From: Bdellovibrionales bacterium
Lineage (GTDB): Bacteria; Bdellovibrionota; Bdellovibrionia; Bdellovibrionales; UBA1609
Assembly: GCA_965219095.1 (NCBI GenBank)
Contig: CBDCMT010000001.1
Location: 2,208,001-2,272,000 of the forward strand
Direction of reading: 5' to 3'
DNA length: 64,000 nucleotides
Positions 1-9,515 of the stretch are shown one piece after another (position 1 is the first letter of the stretch; every line of letters begins with the position of its first letter). The notes below the pieces were generated by a model. The model was given only the letters and a program-made list of their open reading frames with translations, did not search any database and was not told the origin of the DNA. The position numbers were made by a program, and so were the translations under genes.

Positions 1-411
1 GAATACACATCAAGTTCCTTAGAAACAGACATCTCACATCTTGTAAAAGAAAAAAAATGGAAATGCGTCCAATTTGAAATCAGAAGACCTCAAGATGAAG
101 ATGAAGACTGCCCACGTTATGCCGATCGCCTAAAAGATATCAAGTATGAAGAAAACGGCACAGTATATTTTGATAAAGAAGATATGCATTTTTTTCAAGC
201 AGCAAGAGAGCTGTTTGATGAAGAAGGAAAGTATGCTTTTTATTACACAGAAGAACGCAAATGTGCTATTCTTCTTAACCAAGAACATACCGAGGACACT
301 TGTTATAATAACAATGAATTAAATAGGGAAGAACCCCCTAATTACGCTAAAGACTGCGATCCTAAGAAAGAATTTTGTGGTCACAGAATGAGTGTCTGCA
401 TAAGAAACTAA
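1..411 (+). CDS. 3' end of a Cys-containing hypothetical protein (truncated by window start)
   Basis: Frame of the 184..411 ORF is open back to base 1 (EYTSSSLETDISHLVKEKKWKCVQF...); several Cys. Confidence 0.6.
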   Translation, partial: EYTSSSLETDISHLVKEKKWKCVQFEIRRPQDEDEDCPRYADRLKDIKYEENGTVYFDKEDMHFFQAARELFDEEGKYAFYYTEERKCAILLNQEHTEDTCYNNNELNREEPPNYAKDCDPKKEFCGHRMSVCIRN

Positions 412-488
412 ATCACCTTAATCTAAAATCTAAAAAAGCCTGTAAACTTGACTGATTGTAAATATGTTAAGCATAATAGAAACAACAT

Positions 489-1286
489 ATGTTCATTGTC
501 CTTATAGTCAGTCTCATAAAAGCCTCTGCTTTTCAAATTCATGCTCCTATAAGTTTATCCATGGGAGGAGCAGGTCGTGCAGCTCATAATGTTGCTGAAG
601 GAATTCTTCTTAACCCGGCTCTTCTTGCACAAGGAAAAAACTTTCAATACACCCTCTATCACACTGTTATAGACGAAGATAAAGGCCTATACGGAATCAG
701 TTTAGGAAAACACGAACCTCATCTTTTGTTTTCTTTAGGACTTTCTTATATGAAATCAGAAACCAATAAGCTCTTACAACTTGTGATAGCAAAAAGAAAT
801 CATAAAGACTTATCTTGGGGTTTATCTTTTTACCGTATTAAGGATGAAAAATACCTAGATTGGAATATGAGAGCCGGTCTTTCTATGAAAATTTCCCCTC
901 TTTTACAATGGGGATTTGTTTATAGCCATTTTCTATCTTCTCCTGGAGAGGATAGAGATTTCCCTAAAGAATTAGCCTTCGGCGTAGAAAAAGTTTTAAA
1001 CTACCGATTGCTTATGAGGTTGGATGGGGTTTTACTTTTTGACAAAAAGAAAAACCCTAAAAAGCATATTATATGGCAGGGTGGCTTTGAATGGAATGTT
1101 CTAGGGCCTCTTGTAGCCCGCACAGGTATAGAAAAAAATCCTGTTCAAAAAAACACCTACTATTGCACAGGTTTTGGCCTTCGCTTAGGACGCTTAGCAC
1201 TAGATTATGGGCTTAAAAGGGTTAGAAAAAGCCGCAACAAAACCCATTTTATACATAGCATTGACTTTCGCTCTCTAACTTGGTAG
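489..1286 (+). CDS. Putative outer-membrane beta-barrel protein (FadL/PorV-like)
   Basis: Signal-like N-terminus, SLSMGGAGRA...LLNPALL motif, alternating beta-strand pattern, C-terminal Trp. Confidence 0.65.
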   Translation: MFIVLIVSLIKASAFQIHAPISLSMGGAGRAAHNVAEGILLNPALLAQGKNFQYTLYHTVIDEDKGLYGISLGKHEPHLLFSLGLSYMKSETNKLLQLVIAKRNHKDLSWGLSFYRIKDEKYLDWNMRAGLSMKISPLLQWGFVYSHFLSSPGEDRDFPKELAFGVEKVLNYRLLMRLDGVLLFDKKKNPKKHIIWQGGFEWNVLGPLVARTGIEKNPVQKNTYYCTGFGLRLGRLALDYGLKRVRKSRNKTHFIHSIDFRSLTW

Positions 1287-1297
1287 ATATACTTTTT

Positions 1298-1441
1298 ATG
1301 GCATCACCAACGAAAAAAACAAAACGTATTCGTAAAAGAAAAAAAAACAGGCAAGGACAAAAGAGAAAATCTAAAATCCGCTCTCAAGGGACAACCCTAA
1401 GCACAGCTCAACTCTTTGGTGATGAGCCTAAAGATTCTTAA
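1298..1441 (+). CDS. Small basic protein, 47 aa (MASPTKKTKRIRKRKKNRQGQKRKSKIRSQGTTLSTAQLFGDEPKDS), below ORF-track cutoff
   Basis: ATG 1298 to TAA 1441 fills the whole intergenic gap; stop overlaps the convergent tonB stop. Confidence 0.6.
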   Translation: MASPTKKTKRIRKRKKNRQGQKRKSKIRSQGTTLSTAQLFGDEPKDS

Positions 1442-2490
1442 AGACTTTTTTCATCAATTAACCGAAACTCCACTTTATGGATCACCCAACCTAAATCCCC
1501 TGGTTTGTAACGAAAATCTTTGATACTTCCTAAAGCTTCCCTATCTAAAATATCAAAACCTGAACTGCGATGGACTTTGATCTTTTTTACCAAACCCTTT
1601 TTATTTACAAAATAAGTAAGGTACAAAACACCCTCTATCTTTTGTCTACGTGCTTTGTAAGGGTACTGAGGAGCTTTATTTCCTGGAAGCTGCTCAAGCT
1701 CTCGAAAATCTCTATGCCCTTTTAAAGCTAAAGAACTACTTCTGTCTTCGTAATCTCCTAAAGAAGAGAAGTTTAAGTTTTTCTTATACTCCTTTTCTAA
1801 AGCTTTTGACCAATTCTTTCTTTTATGAGAGGGGGAGGCATTTTTTATCGATTCATAAGCTTGAGACAGCTCTTTTTGAGACCCTCCTTGTGACAAAAGC
1901 TCTTCATAAGCTTGTCTTTTACCCTTTCTTAAATCCTTGCCCTTTCTTAAATCTTTGTAAGTTACTTGGTTTTCTAGGTGTTTTAAGTCTGTTGTTTGAA
2001 AATCGTCTTTGAGTTCTTCTTCTAGATCTCCAAGATGATCTTTTTTTGCTCCTAAAGCTTTAAGTTCCTTATCATAGGAAGAGCTTTTTTTCACTGTAAG
2101 TTGTTTTTTAATGTCTTTCAGAGATATAACAGAGGAGTTTTTCAAATCACCTTTTGATACAGTTTGAGAAAAAGAGCTTTTTTGAATCACAGCTTTTTGA
2201 GATTCAAGAGTCTTTTTCACAGATTTTGTAAGCTTTTTGTTTTTCACAACAAGATTGCTCCTTTTTAGTTCATTCTTAGATTTTTTGGTTTTTACTTGAG
2301 GAGAAAAAAAATGAGATTTCATTTGTGATGGGGATAAAAAAGTAACTTCAATAGTACTCTCTTTAAAGCTCTCAGATTGACTGATATAAAATAGGCTTAA
2401 AAAAACCAAGGTATGCAAGAAAACAGAGCCTAAAAAGCAAGAATAAAGACTTTCTTGTTGATGTTGATAAAGGAAAAGGGAATAAGTCAT
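1438..2490 (-). CDS. tonB: TonB-family energy transducer
   Basis: N-terminal TM with SVFLH (SxxxH) motif; C-terminal PQYPYKARRQKIEG...SSGFDILDREA TonB_C domain. Confidence 0.85.
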   Translation of the reverse strand: MTYSLFLYQHQQESLYSCFLGSVFLHTLVFLSLFYISQSESFKESTIEVTFLSPSQMKSHFFSPQVKTKKSKNELKRSNLVVKNKKLTKSVKKTLESQKAVIQKSSFSQTVSKGDLKNSSVISLKDIKKQLTVKKSSSYDKELKALGAKKDHLGDLEEELKDDFQTTDLKHLENQVTYKDLRKGKDLRKGKRQAYEELLSQGGSQKELSQAYESIKNASPSHKRKNWSKALEKEYKKNLNFSSLGDYEDRSSSLALKGHRDFRELEQLPGNKAPQYPYKARRQKIEGVLYLTYFVNKKGLVKKIKVHRSSGFDILDREALGSIKDFRYKPGDLGWVIHKVEFRLIDEKSL

Positions 2491-2733
2491 AATGCATTAT
2501 TTTAACCTATAAAGCTATTTTATGCAACATATAAAAACTACACACCCCACCCACACCTTGCCTTAACTAAGAGCCCCCTTTCTAAAACCCCAGTTCTCCT
2601 CTTCTTAAATTTCAAAGAAAAAAGAGAGTCTTCTGGCATAAAAGACGAAAATACTTCTTAGATTCCTTCCTTTACCCCACACTTCTAGACTTAAGTTTTG
2701 ACATAAAACCCTCTTCCAAGAGACACTAAGAGA

Positions 2734-3387
2734 GTGAAAACAACAACAACTAAGGATTTGAAAACTGAAAAAGAATTTCATTTTCTTAGAAAAGCTTGGC
2801 ACATAACAGGTGTCTTAATTTTATTCTCATACTTATTTTATTTTGACTTAAGTTATAAGCAGAAACTTATATCTCTTCTTTTTATATCTTTATTTACATT
2901 ATTTTTAGAGCTTTTACGCTTAAGAAATAAGAAAATAAATAATTTTATTTTACACCTCTTAAAACCCTTTATGAGAGATTACGAAAAAGATCACTTCTCA
3001 GGTCTTCTTCCTCTTATCTTAGGTACTCTTATTATTCATATTGTATTCCCAGATCTTATCGTAAAACTAGCCCTTTTATTCTTAGCTTTTTCTGATCCTT
3101 TTGCAAGTTACTTAGGACTTCGTTATGGAAAGATAAAAATTTTTAAAGCCAAAACCTTAGAAGGTTTTATGGGTTGTTGGGTTTGTTGTTCTCTTATTGT
3201 GCTCATTTTCTGGCCCTACGAAGACTTCAAAAACCTCACTAGCTTTATTCTTTTTTCTTTGTCTGCAGGTTTTATAGGCTCTGTTTCTGAAATCCTTTCC
3301 TTTGTAGGTGTCAATGACAACTTCACCATCCCTGTTTTTAGTGCCATAGGCTTGTGGAGCCTTTCTTACGGAGTGGTTTTTTCATGA
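2734..3387 (+). CDS. CTP-dependent diacylglycerol/polyprenol kinase or cytidylyltransferase-family membrane protein
   Basis: RKAWH, DPFASYLG, KTLEG, NDNFTIP motifs; multiple TMs; overlaps pssA; GTG start. Confidence 0.8.
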   Translation: MKTTTTKDLKTEKEFHFLRKAWHITGVLILFSYLFYFDLSYKQKLISLLFISLFTLFLELLRLRNKKINNFILHLLKPFMRDYEKDHFSGLLPLILGTLIIHIVFPDLIVKLALLFLAFSDPFASYLGLRYGKIKIFKAKTLEGFMGCWVCCSLIVLIFWPYEDFKNLTSFILFSLSAGFIGSVSEILSFVGVNDNFTIPVFSAIGLWSLSYGVVFS

Positions 3388-4103
3388 GGCTCAAAGACAG
3401 ACAAAACATTTACATCCTTCCTAATATGATCACAACTATGAACATTTTTTTCGGGTTTTTTTCTGTAATCCGAGCCATTAACGAAGACTATACAATGGCG
3501 GCATATGCTATCATTGCGGCAGCTATTTTTGATCTTTTAGACGGAAGAGTGGCTCGTATCACCCGATCCACAAGTTCTTTTGGACGTCAATATGATTCTC
3601 TTTGTGACCTTATTAGTTTTGGTATAGCCCCTAGTCTTCTTCTTTTTCTTTGGGCTCTACAACCTTATGGACGTCTAGGATGGCTTGCAAGTTTTTTTTA
3701 CCTTGCTTGTACAGCTCTAAGATTAGCTCGTTTCAACAGCGATTCTTCTCTCGCAAAAGAAGATCGTTTCTTCATAGGACTGCCCAGTCCCATTTCTGCT
3801 GGTATTGTAGCCAGTGCTGTTCTCACCTTTAATGAAATGAACTGGTTAGGTTATCACTCTGTTTACATTTTATTTCTAACCATGTTTTTAGGTTTCTCTA
3901 TGGTTGATAACTTTCCTTACAGAAGCTTTAAAGACATTGATTTAAGAAAACGACTTCCTTTTAGATATTTCGTTATAGGAGTTCTTATGATAGCTGTTAT
4001 AGCTATCAAACCTGATATCACTTTATTTATTTTATTCTTAAGTTACGCTACACTAGGTTTTATTTTTGGTTTTGTGAAATGGCTAAAAAAAAGAAAGGTA
4101 TAA
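3384..4103 (+). CDS. pssA: CDP-diacylglycerol--serine O-phosphatidyltransferase
   Basis: LPNMITT, DLLDGRVAR...FGRQYDSLCDLISFG CDP-alcohol motif, LRLARFN; ATG at 3384. Confidence 0.93.
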   Translation: MRLKDRQNIYILPNMITTMNIFFGFFSVIRAINEDYTMAAYAIIAAAIFDLLDGRVARITRSTSSFGRQYDSLCDLISFGIAPSLLLFLWALQPYGRLGWLASFFYLACTALRLARFNSDSSLAKEDRFFIGLPSPISAGIVASAVLTFNEMNWLGYHSVYILFLTMFLGFSMVDNFPYRSFKDIDLRKRLPFRYFVIGVLMIAVIAIKPDITLFILFLSYATLGFIFGFVKWLKKRKV

Positions 4104-6046
4104 TGAAACCAATACTCATACTTTTTGTACTTGCTTTTTCTATATGTAGTTCTTCAGAGATCATCATTTCCTCAATACAGGGAGCTTCTTATTATGAAAG
4201 AAGAGACCAAGAGGGCTGGTTCATTTATGGAGGTCTTGCAGGGGATGATTCAACATGTAGTGAAAAAAACGGTGAGGCTTCAGAACTTTGTAATTCTTGT
4301 AAGGTATGTTCAGAAAACACAAATTGCAATTGCAATGAAAAAAGAATCTATCCTCGACTGGCTTTAAAAATTCAATTTTCATCAGACTCTCACTCAGGAG
4401 ATGTTCTTGTAAGAAATGAGACAGATCAGACAAGCATTCCAGGACTCGACAGATACCCTAGGTCTGTAAAGGCCAGATCTTTAACTCAAGCCATTCTTTA
4501 TTGGGAAACCATTTGTTCAAACCTTGGTTCAAGTATATCTTGTAACAACATACTTCCCTCAAACCAAGTAGGCAGTTCTCTGATTCTTGGCATTGACGGA
4601 AATCAAGACGGTGATCTCTCAGATCAAGAAGATGATCATATCAATCTTGAGTTTCGTGTGTACACACCTCAACTCACTGAAGTTCCTGCAAACTGTGATC
4701 AAGAAGCCTCTATGAGAGGAATTTGCAGTATGCAAATTACAAAGGGAGACCAAAAAGCTGTTATAAAGTCCATCACAACCCACCCTCTTTATCCTTCCAT
4801 AGAAGAAGATTTGGAAATTGATAAAATAAGAATTATGTTTTCTACAACAAGCTTTCCTGAAACTCCTCACCAAAACTATGCCGACTTAGACGTTGATAGC
4901 GTTAAGAATATTAAAGAAGCTATTATCAAAGACTTTGAAAATGGACAAAGGTATTATTTTCGTTTTGCTGTTGTGGACAAAGCAGGGAATGTATCTTTCT
5001 TTCAAAGTCGCAAGCTTTTTGAAGCCCAATGCCCTACTTTAGACACAGACTGTGATTACTCCCTTGTCCCAGAGGAAGTTTTAGGCTTTCTTAAAAAAGA
5101 TCAAAATTGTTTTATAGCTCAAGCTGTGCTGGGGTCATCACTTCATCACCATTTAAAAACGTTCCGAGAGTTTAGAAACAAAATTTTACTTAAACACTTT
5201 TTAGGAAAAAAGCTTGTTCTCATCTACTATAAATGGGGACCTCACCTTACACATGTTCTTAAAACCCATCCTTCTGTTAAGCTTCTTTTTCAGGGAATCT
5301 TATGGGTGCTATGGCTTACAGCTTGGCTTATTCTTCATCCTTTCGTGTTATTTTTTATTCTTTTTTTGACTTCAAGTTTTATTTTCTTTAGAAGATTAAG
5401 CTTTCTTTTTCTTTTTCTGGTCTTGTTTTTCCATTTATCAACTGAGGCAAGCCTTCTTAAAAACAAAATTTATTCTTTCCAGGTCGGCTTTTACACTCTA
5501 GATTCCCTTAAAAATGAAGCAAGTGAAGCCTTTAATAGTTTTTATAAGAATAAACCTATTGTATTCATGCTTGACTACGAAATTCCTCTTAAAAAAAGAC
5601 CCATGCAAATAGGTTTTAAATTAGGATCAGGCCTGAGCTATAGTCTAGGAACAGGGAAGTTTGGGGATGGTTCAGAGGCTACAGAAAATTTTTACTTCTT
5701 TCTCATACCTAACAGAATCTCTTTGATCAGCCGGATCCATTTACCTCAAAGTTTGCTTGTGCCTTTTGTAGAAGGAGGTGCTGGTTATTCTGTCATCTTA
5801 GAAAAACGATCCGATGGTCTTAACACATCTTTTTTAGGAAAAAAAGCAGGAGCAAGAACACTACACTGGGCTTTAGGAGTAGCTCTTAATCTAGCTTACG
5901 ACAAACCAACAAAACAAGAACTCTATCAAGATTATGGAATAAAGCTTGTTTATCTTTATTTAGAATACCGACAAATTATAAGTTTAAAAAAAGAACTCAA
6001 TGTGGGTTCTCAACTTTTAAATTTAGGATTATCCTTTCAAATTTAG
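4103..6046 (+). CDS. Secreted Cys-rich/FN3-like protein with CFI-box-CTERM segment fused to a C-terminal outer-membrane beta-barrel
   Basis: Signal peptide; FENGQRYYFRFAVVDKAGN; CFIAQAVLGS...FREFRNKIL...YYKWGP CFI-box; TM segments; beta-strand C-terminal domain ending LGLSFQI. Confidence 0.75.
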   Translation: MKPILILFVLAFSICSSSEIIISSIQGASYYERRDQEGWFIYGGLAGDDSTCSEKNGEASELCNSCKVCSENTNCNCNEKRIYPRLALKIQFSSDSHSGDVLVRNETDQTSIPGLDRYPRSVKARSLTQAILYWETICSNLGSSISCNNILPSNQVGSSLILGIDGNQDGDLSDQEDDHINLEFRVYTPQLTEVPANCDQEASMRGICSMQITKGDQKAVIKSITTHPLYPSIEEDLEIDKIRIMFSTTSFPETPHQNYADLDVDSVKNIKEAIIKDFENGQRYYFRFAVVDKAGNVSFFQSRKLFEAQCPTLDTDCDYSLVPEEVLGFLKKDQNCFIAQAVLGSSLHHHLKTFREFRNKILLKHFLGKKLVLIYYKWGPHLTHVLKTHPSVKLLFQGILWVLWLTAWLILHPFVLFFILFLTSSFIFFRRLSFLFLFLVLFFHLSTEASLLKNKIYSFQVGFYTLDSLKNEASEAFNSFYKNKPIVFMLDYEIPLKKRPMQIGFKLGSGLSYSLGTGKFGDGSEATENFYFFLIPNRISLISRIHLPQSLLVPFVEGGAGYSVILEKRSDGLNTSFLGKKAGARTLHWALGVALNLAYDKPTKQELYQDYGIKLVYLYLEYRQIISLKKELNVGSQLLNLGLSFQI

Positions 6047-6144
6047 CACTACTTTTACAAGTGAATTAATTTCTGTACTATCTCTCAAGTTTGCTACCTA
6101 ATGGAAAACACTCTGGACTGTGCTGAAAAAGTGAAGTCCAAATT

Positions 6145-6210
6145 GAACCTGTAAATTAAATTGTGTAACTGATTTTTTCATTTTAAATTTTACCCTCAAT
6201 TTTTCACATC
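6145..6210. repeat. Solo IS256-like terminal remnant
   Basis: GAACCTGTAAATTAAATTGTGTAACTGATTTTT..., near-identical at 16076 and 59538; related copy reversed at 22347-22373. Confidence 0.6.
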
Positions 6211-6268
6211 AAACCTCCTCTCATATTCAATAGTAAGTAAGTTGTTGACCTATGGCAACTTGAGGTAG

Positions 6269-7918
6269 CTAATCCTCTTTAGCAGCTATTCTGTAAAGAT
6301 AACCCCCTGCAAAGACTAAAACACCTATAATTAATAATGAAACTATCCTTTGCAAGCCATCAAATTTATGAAAGTCAATTATTATAAAACGGCCAAGACT
6401 AATAACAACAAGAGGTATTGCTCCTCTTGCCATATCTTTATCTTTATTTCTGCTTGCCCAATATAAAATGCCAAAAGTATAGGCTATCCAAATCGGAGCA
6501 ATTGCCAAAGCACCAGTAAATTTTTTTAATCTAAAAATAGTTACAAAAAATTGAGCGTGAGCTAAGTTCAATATTAGCCCGCCATGGGAGCTTTTAATTT
6601 TTTTAGAAAAAAAGGAGAAAATAGCTCCAAAGATTGCTCCAAAAATGATCAACGAATTAAGGGAGACTTTACTAGCTCCAAATATAACCGACAGATAACT
6701 ATGGAGTAGAATACAACCAGCAACTATTATCGTTCCTTTAAGGGCTTTATTTTCTAATAGCTTTTTATTTAATAATCCAAATACCAGCACTAGCCAAAAT
6801 GTGAAAATAATCCGAACAAAATCATTCATTTCTACTATAAAGATAGAGTGAGCAAAAATTACACTACAAGCAGTGTAGACAAGATTTCCACTATCGAGCT
6901 CTATGTTTTGTAATTTCTTCTTAGCTAAACCATACGTAGCAAGCAAAAACCCGGCAAAAGCCATAGAAAAAATAGTCGCCCAATCTTCTGAAATACGATC
7001 TAAAAAGAAATATTCTTGACCATAGAAAAATATAATAATGGGGAAAACCCCCCAAGCCTCATCAGCAGTAAGTTTCAATTTGTTTCTTATAGAAAATAAA
7101 ACTGTACCTAGTGAAAATATTAAAAATTGGACACCTTGTATTATCATAATTTTAGAGTTGAAGTCATTATTACCATATCCTTTTATTAATCCGAAAAATG
7201 CAACTAATCCTAGAGCTAAGTAGCAAGATATCATTATGATGAATCGTTTTTTCAATTTAATTGAAAATATAGAAAACGCCATATCCCATGCAAAAAGATA
7301 TAAGGCCATTGTTGATAGTTCCGAAAAGGAGTTGTGAAAGAAAAAAGCTCCTAGATAGGTCCCAAATATTGCGAAAACAGCATAATTTTCCTTTTCTAAT
7401 TTGACTAGTAACCATATTGACAGTACGCCAATAAGTGATATGGAGACTAATCCTAAAGTTGGATCAAGAAGTTTGTGATAAAAAACAGCACCGTAGGTTG
7501 TTAAATGTAAAATAGCGACACCTAAAGCAGGTAAGATACTAATATAGTTTTTATCTTTAAGATGAATGTAAAATGGGAAGAAAATTAAGCTTCCAGCAAA
7601 AATTGAAGCAAAGAGACATTGTCTAATTGGTGTCAGCCAGCCACTATCAATTGAGAGTTTAATAAGCAAGATAGAAGCGAGAAGAATACATGTAGCTCCA
7701 ACGTATCCTAAAAAACGACTTTCTTTCTGTATTGAACTTTTCTCTATTGTGGCATGAGTCTTAGAATAAGGTTCCGTCTTCTGAACATATTCAGTTTTTT
7801 GAGGAGGGGAATACAATTGAGTTTTATGAATAGAGGTGTTTTCATTTTCAATATTAGTGATCCTTTCTTCAATTTTATCAATTCGTTTAAGAACCTCATC
7901 AAGAGTATTTGAACCCAC
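6269..7918 (-). CDS. DUF2339-type polytopic membrane protein
   Basis: N-terminal coil (RIDKIEERI), GWLTPIRQ, many TMs, C-terminal RIVSLLIIGVLVFAGGYLY. Confidence 0.8.
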   Translation of the reverse strand: MGSNTLDEVLKRIDKIEERITNIENENTSIHKTQLYSPPQKTEYVQKTEPYSKTHATIEKSSIQKESRFLGYVGATCILLASILLIKLSIDSGWLTPIRQCLFASIFAGSLIFFPFYIHLKDKNYISILPALGVAILHLTTYGAVFYHKLLDPTLGLVSISLIGVLSIWLLVKLEKENYAVFAIFGTYLGAFFFHNSFSELSTMALYLFAWDMAFSIFSIKLKKRFIIMISCYLALGLVAFFGLIKGYGNNDFNSKIMIIQGVQFLIFSLGTVLFSIRNKLKLTADEAWGVFPIIIFFYGQEYFFLDRISEDWATIFSMAFAGFLLATYGLAKKKLQNIELDSGNLVYTACSVIFAHSIFIVEMNDFVRIIFTFWLVLVFGLLNKKLLENKALKGTIIVAGCILLHSYLSVIFGASKVSLNSLIIFGAIFGAIFSFFSKKIKSSHGGLILNLAHAQFFVTIFRLKKFTGALAIAPIWIAYTFGILYWASRNKDKDMARGAIPLVVISLGRFIIIDFHKFDGLQRIVSLLIIGVLVFAGGYLYRIAAKED

Positions 7919-8188
7919 ATTATCTCCTCATTAGTAGATTTTAGTTAGACCCTAGTATCTCCATTGTGACCAATTAGAGTGAGATACTCAAGAAAGTTTT
8001 TCTGAGTTTATAAAGACAAGCATTTTTTTGCTACACTACAGCATAACATTAAATTTTTTCTTCATTATTAGAAATAACATAGCTTGTAAGTAAAGATAAA
8101 CAACAGTAAAAGACATGAAACATGAGCTTCCCCCAAAAAAGTGAACAGTCAATTTTCTCTTAATGTGTAATAGTTGCAACTATCACAT

Positions 8189-9505
8189 CTAAGGAGATGA
8201 ATCCTCTTCTAACCTTCGTTTTCTTAAGTAAGTAGGCATTTCAAGGTTTTCTTCTTGATCTGTCTGTTTACCTTCATAAGTGCTGTCTTTGGTTTTAGCT
8301 AAAAGAATTTCTTTAAGAGCAGGTTTACCCATAATTCTTTTTGCAATATCTTCACTTTCTTTACTGAAAGCATTTGGTCCTTTTTTTATTCCTCCCTCTA
8401 AAGAAATTTGAAGATCCTCTTTTTCGCCATCTACAACCTGAGAATAAAACTTTTTTTCTACCTCTTTATCTTCCTCTGTCTTTAAAACTTCATCATGTTT
8501 TTCTAAAGCCTTTAGGTTTTCTGAAACAGAATTCATAGAAGCTCTTTTGTCCATTCCAAAACCTGTTGCAATTACTGTTACAAAGATCTCATCTTTCATT
8601 TTTTGATCAATGACAGCACCAAAAATAATTTCAGCATTCTCATCAGCAGCTTCTGTAATAAGACTTGAAGCCTCATTCACTTCCCAAAGAGTCAACTCCT
8701 CTCCTCCTGTTACATTAATAATGATTCCCGTGGCTCCTTCAATAGCAATGTTCTCTAATAAAGGAGAAGAGATAGCTTTAGTCGCCGCTTCCACTGCACG
8801 ATTCTCACCTTGAGCTTTGCCTACTCCCATGATAGCCATACCTTGTGCTGACATGACTGTTTTAATGTCAGCAAAATCCAAATTAATAAGCCCTCTTACA
8901 CTGATAAGATCGGAAATACCTTTTACAGCATGAAGTAAAACTTCATCAGCTTTTTTAAAAGTGTCTACAAGTGAGGTTTTCTCTCCCGCCACAGATATAA
9001 GCTTTTGATTAGGAATCACAATTAAAGTATCAACATTATCTTTAAAATGACGAATGCCCTCTTCAGCATAACGAGTTCTTTTTTTACCTTCAAAAACAAA
9101 AGGCTTGGTCACAACACCTATACACAAGATACCCATTTCACGAGCGATTTGGGCTACAATAGGAGCACCTCCTGTTCCTGTGCCACCTCCCATACCTGCT
9201 GTAATAAACACCATATCAGAACTTTCAATAGATTTTGCAATCTCTTCATAAGACTCTAACGCAGCCCTTTGTCCGATTTCAGGGTTAGCTCCTGCACCTA
9301 AGCCTCTAGTAAGTTCCACTCCTAGTTGAATTTTCTTTTCCGCAGGGTTAGCCTTAAGGGCTTGAATGTCTGTATTGGCCACAATAAACTCTACACCTTT
9401 TAAGCTTTCCAAAATCATAGTGTAAATAGCATTCCCCCCGCCACCACCAATCCCAATGACTTTTATATTTGCACCTAAATCTGCTTTTTTCTCTATTTCA
9501 AACAT
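8189..9505 (-). CDS. ftsZ: Cell division protein FtsZ
   Basis: GIGGGGGNA, GMGGGTGTG tubulin signature, NLDFAD, C-terminal LEMPTYLRK; AAGGAGG upstream of ATG 9505. Confidence 0.98.
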   Translation of the reverse strand: MFEIEKKADLGANIKVIGIGGGGGNAIYTMILESLKGVEFIVANTDIQALKANPAEKKIQLGVELTRGLGAGANPEIGQRAALESYEEIAKSIESSDMVFITAGMGGGTGTGGAPIVAQIAREMGILCIGVVTKPFVFEGKKRTRYAEEGIRHFKDNVDTLIVIPNQKLISVAGEKTSLVDTFKKADEVLLHAVKGISDLISVRGLINLDFADIKTVMSAQGMAIMGVGKAQGENRAVEAATKAISSPLLENIAIEGATGIIINVTGGEELTLWEVNEASSLITEAADENAEIIFGAVIDQKMKDEIFVTVIATGFGMDKRASMNSVSENLKALEKHDEVLKTEEDKEVEKKFYSQVVDGEKEDLQISLEGGIKKGPNAFSKESEDIAKRIMGKPALKEILLAKTKDSTYEGKQTDQEENLEMPTYLRKRRLEEDSSP

Positions 9506-9515
9506 TTTGCCCTCC

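Noticed and set aside
1919..1957. 18-bp duplication in tonB (KDLRKG x2) and 24-bp duplication at the end of 50445-51437
   Set aside because: Real but minor in-frame slippage in linker or tail regions with no evident function
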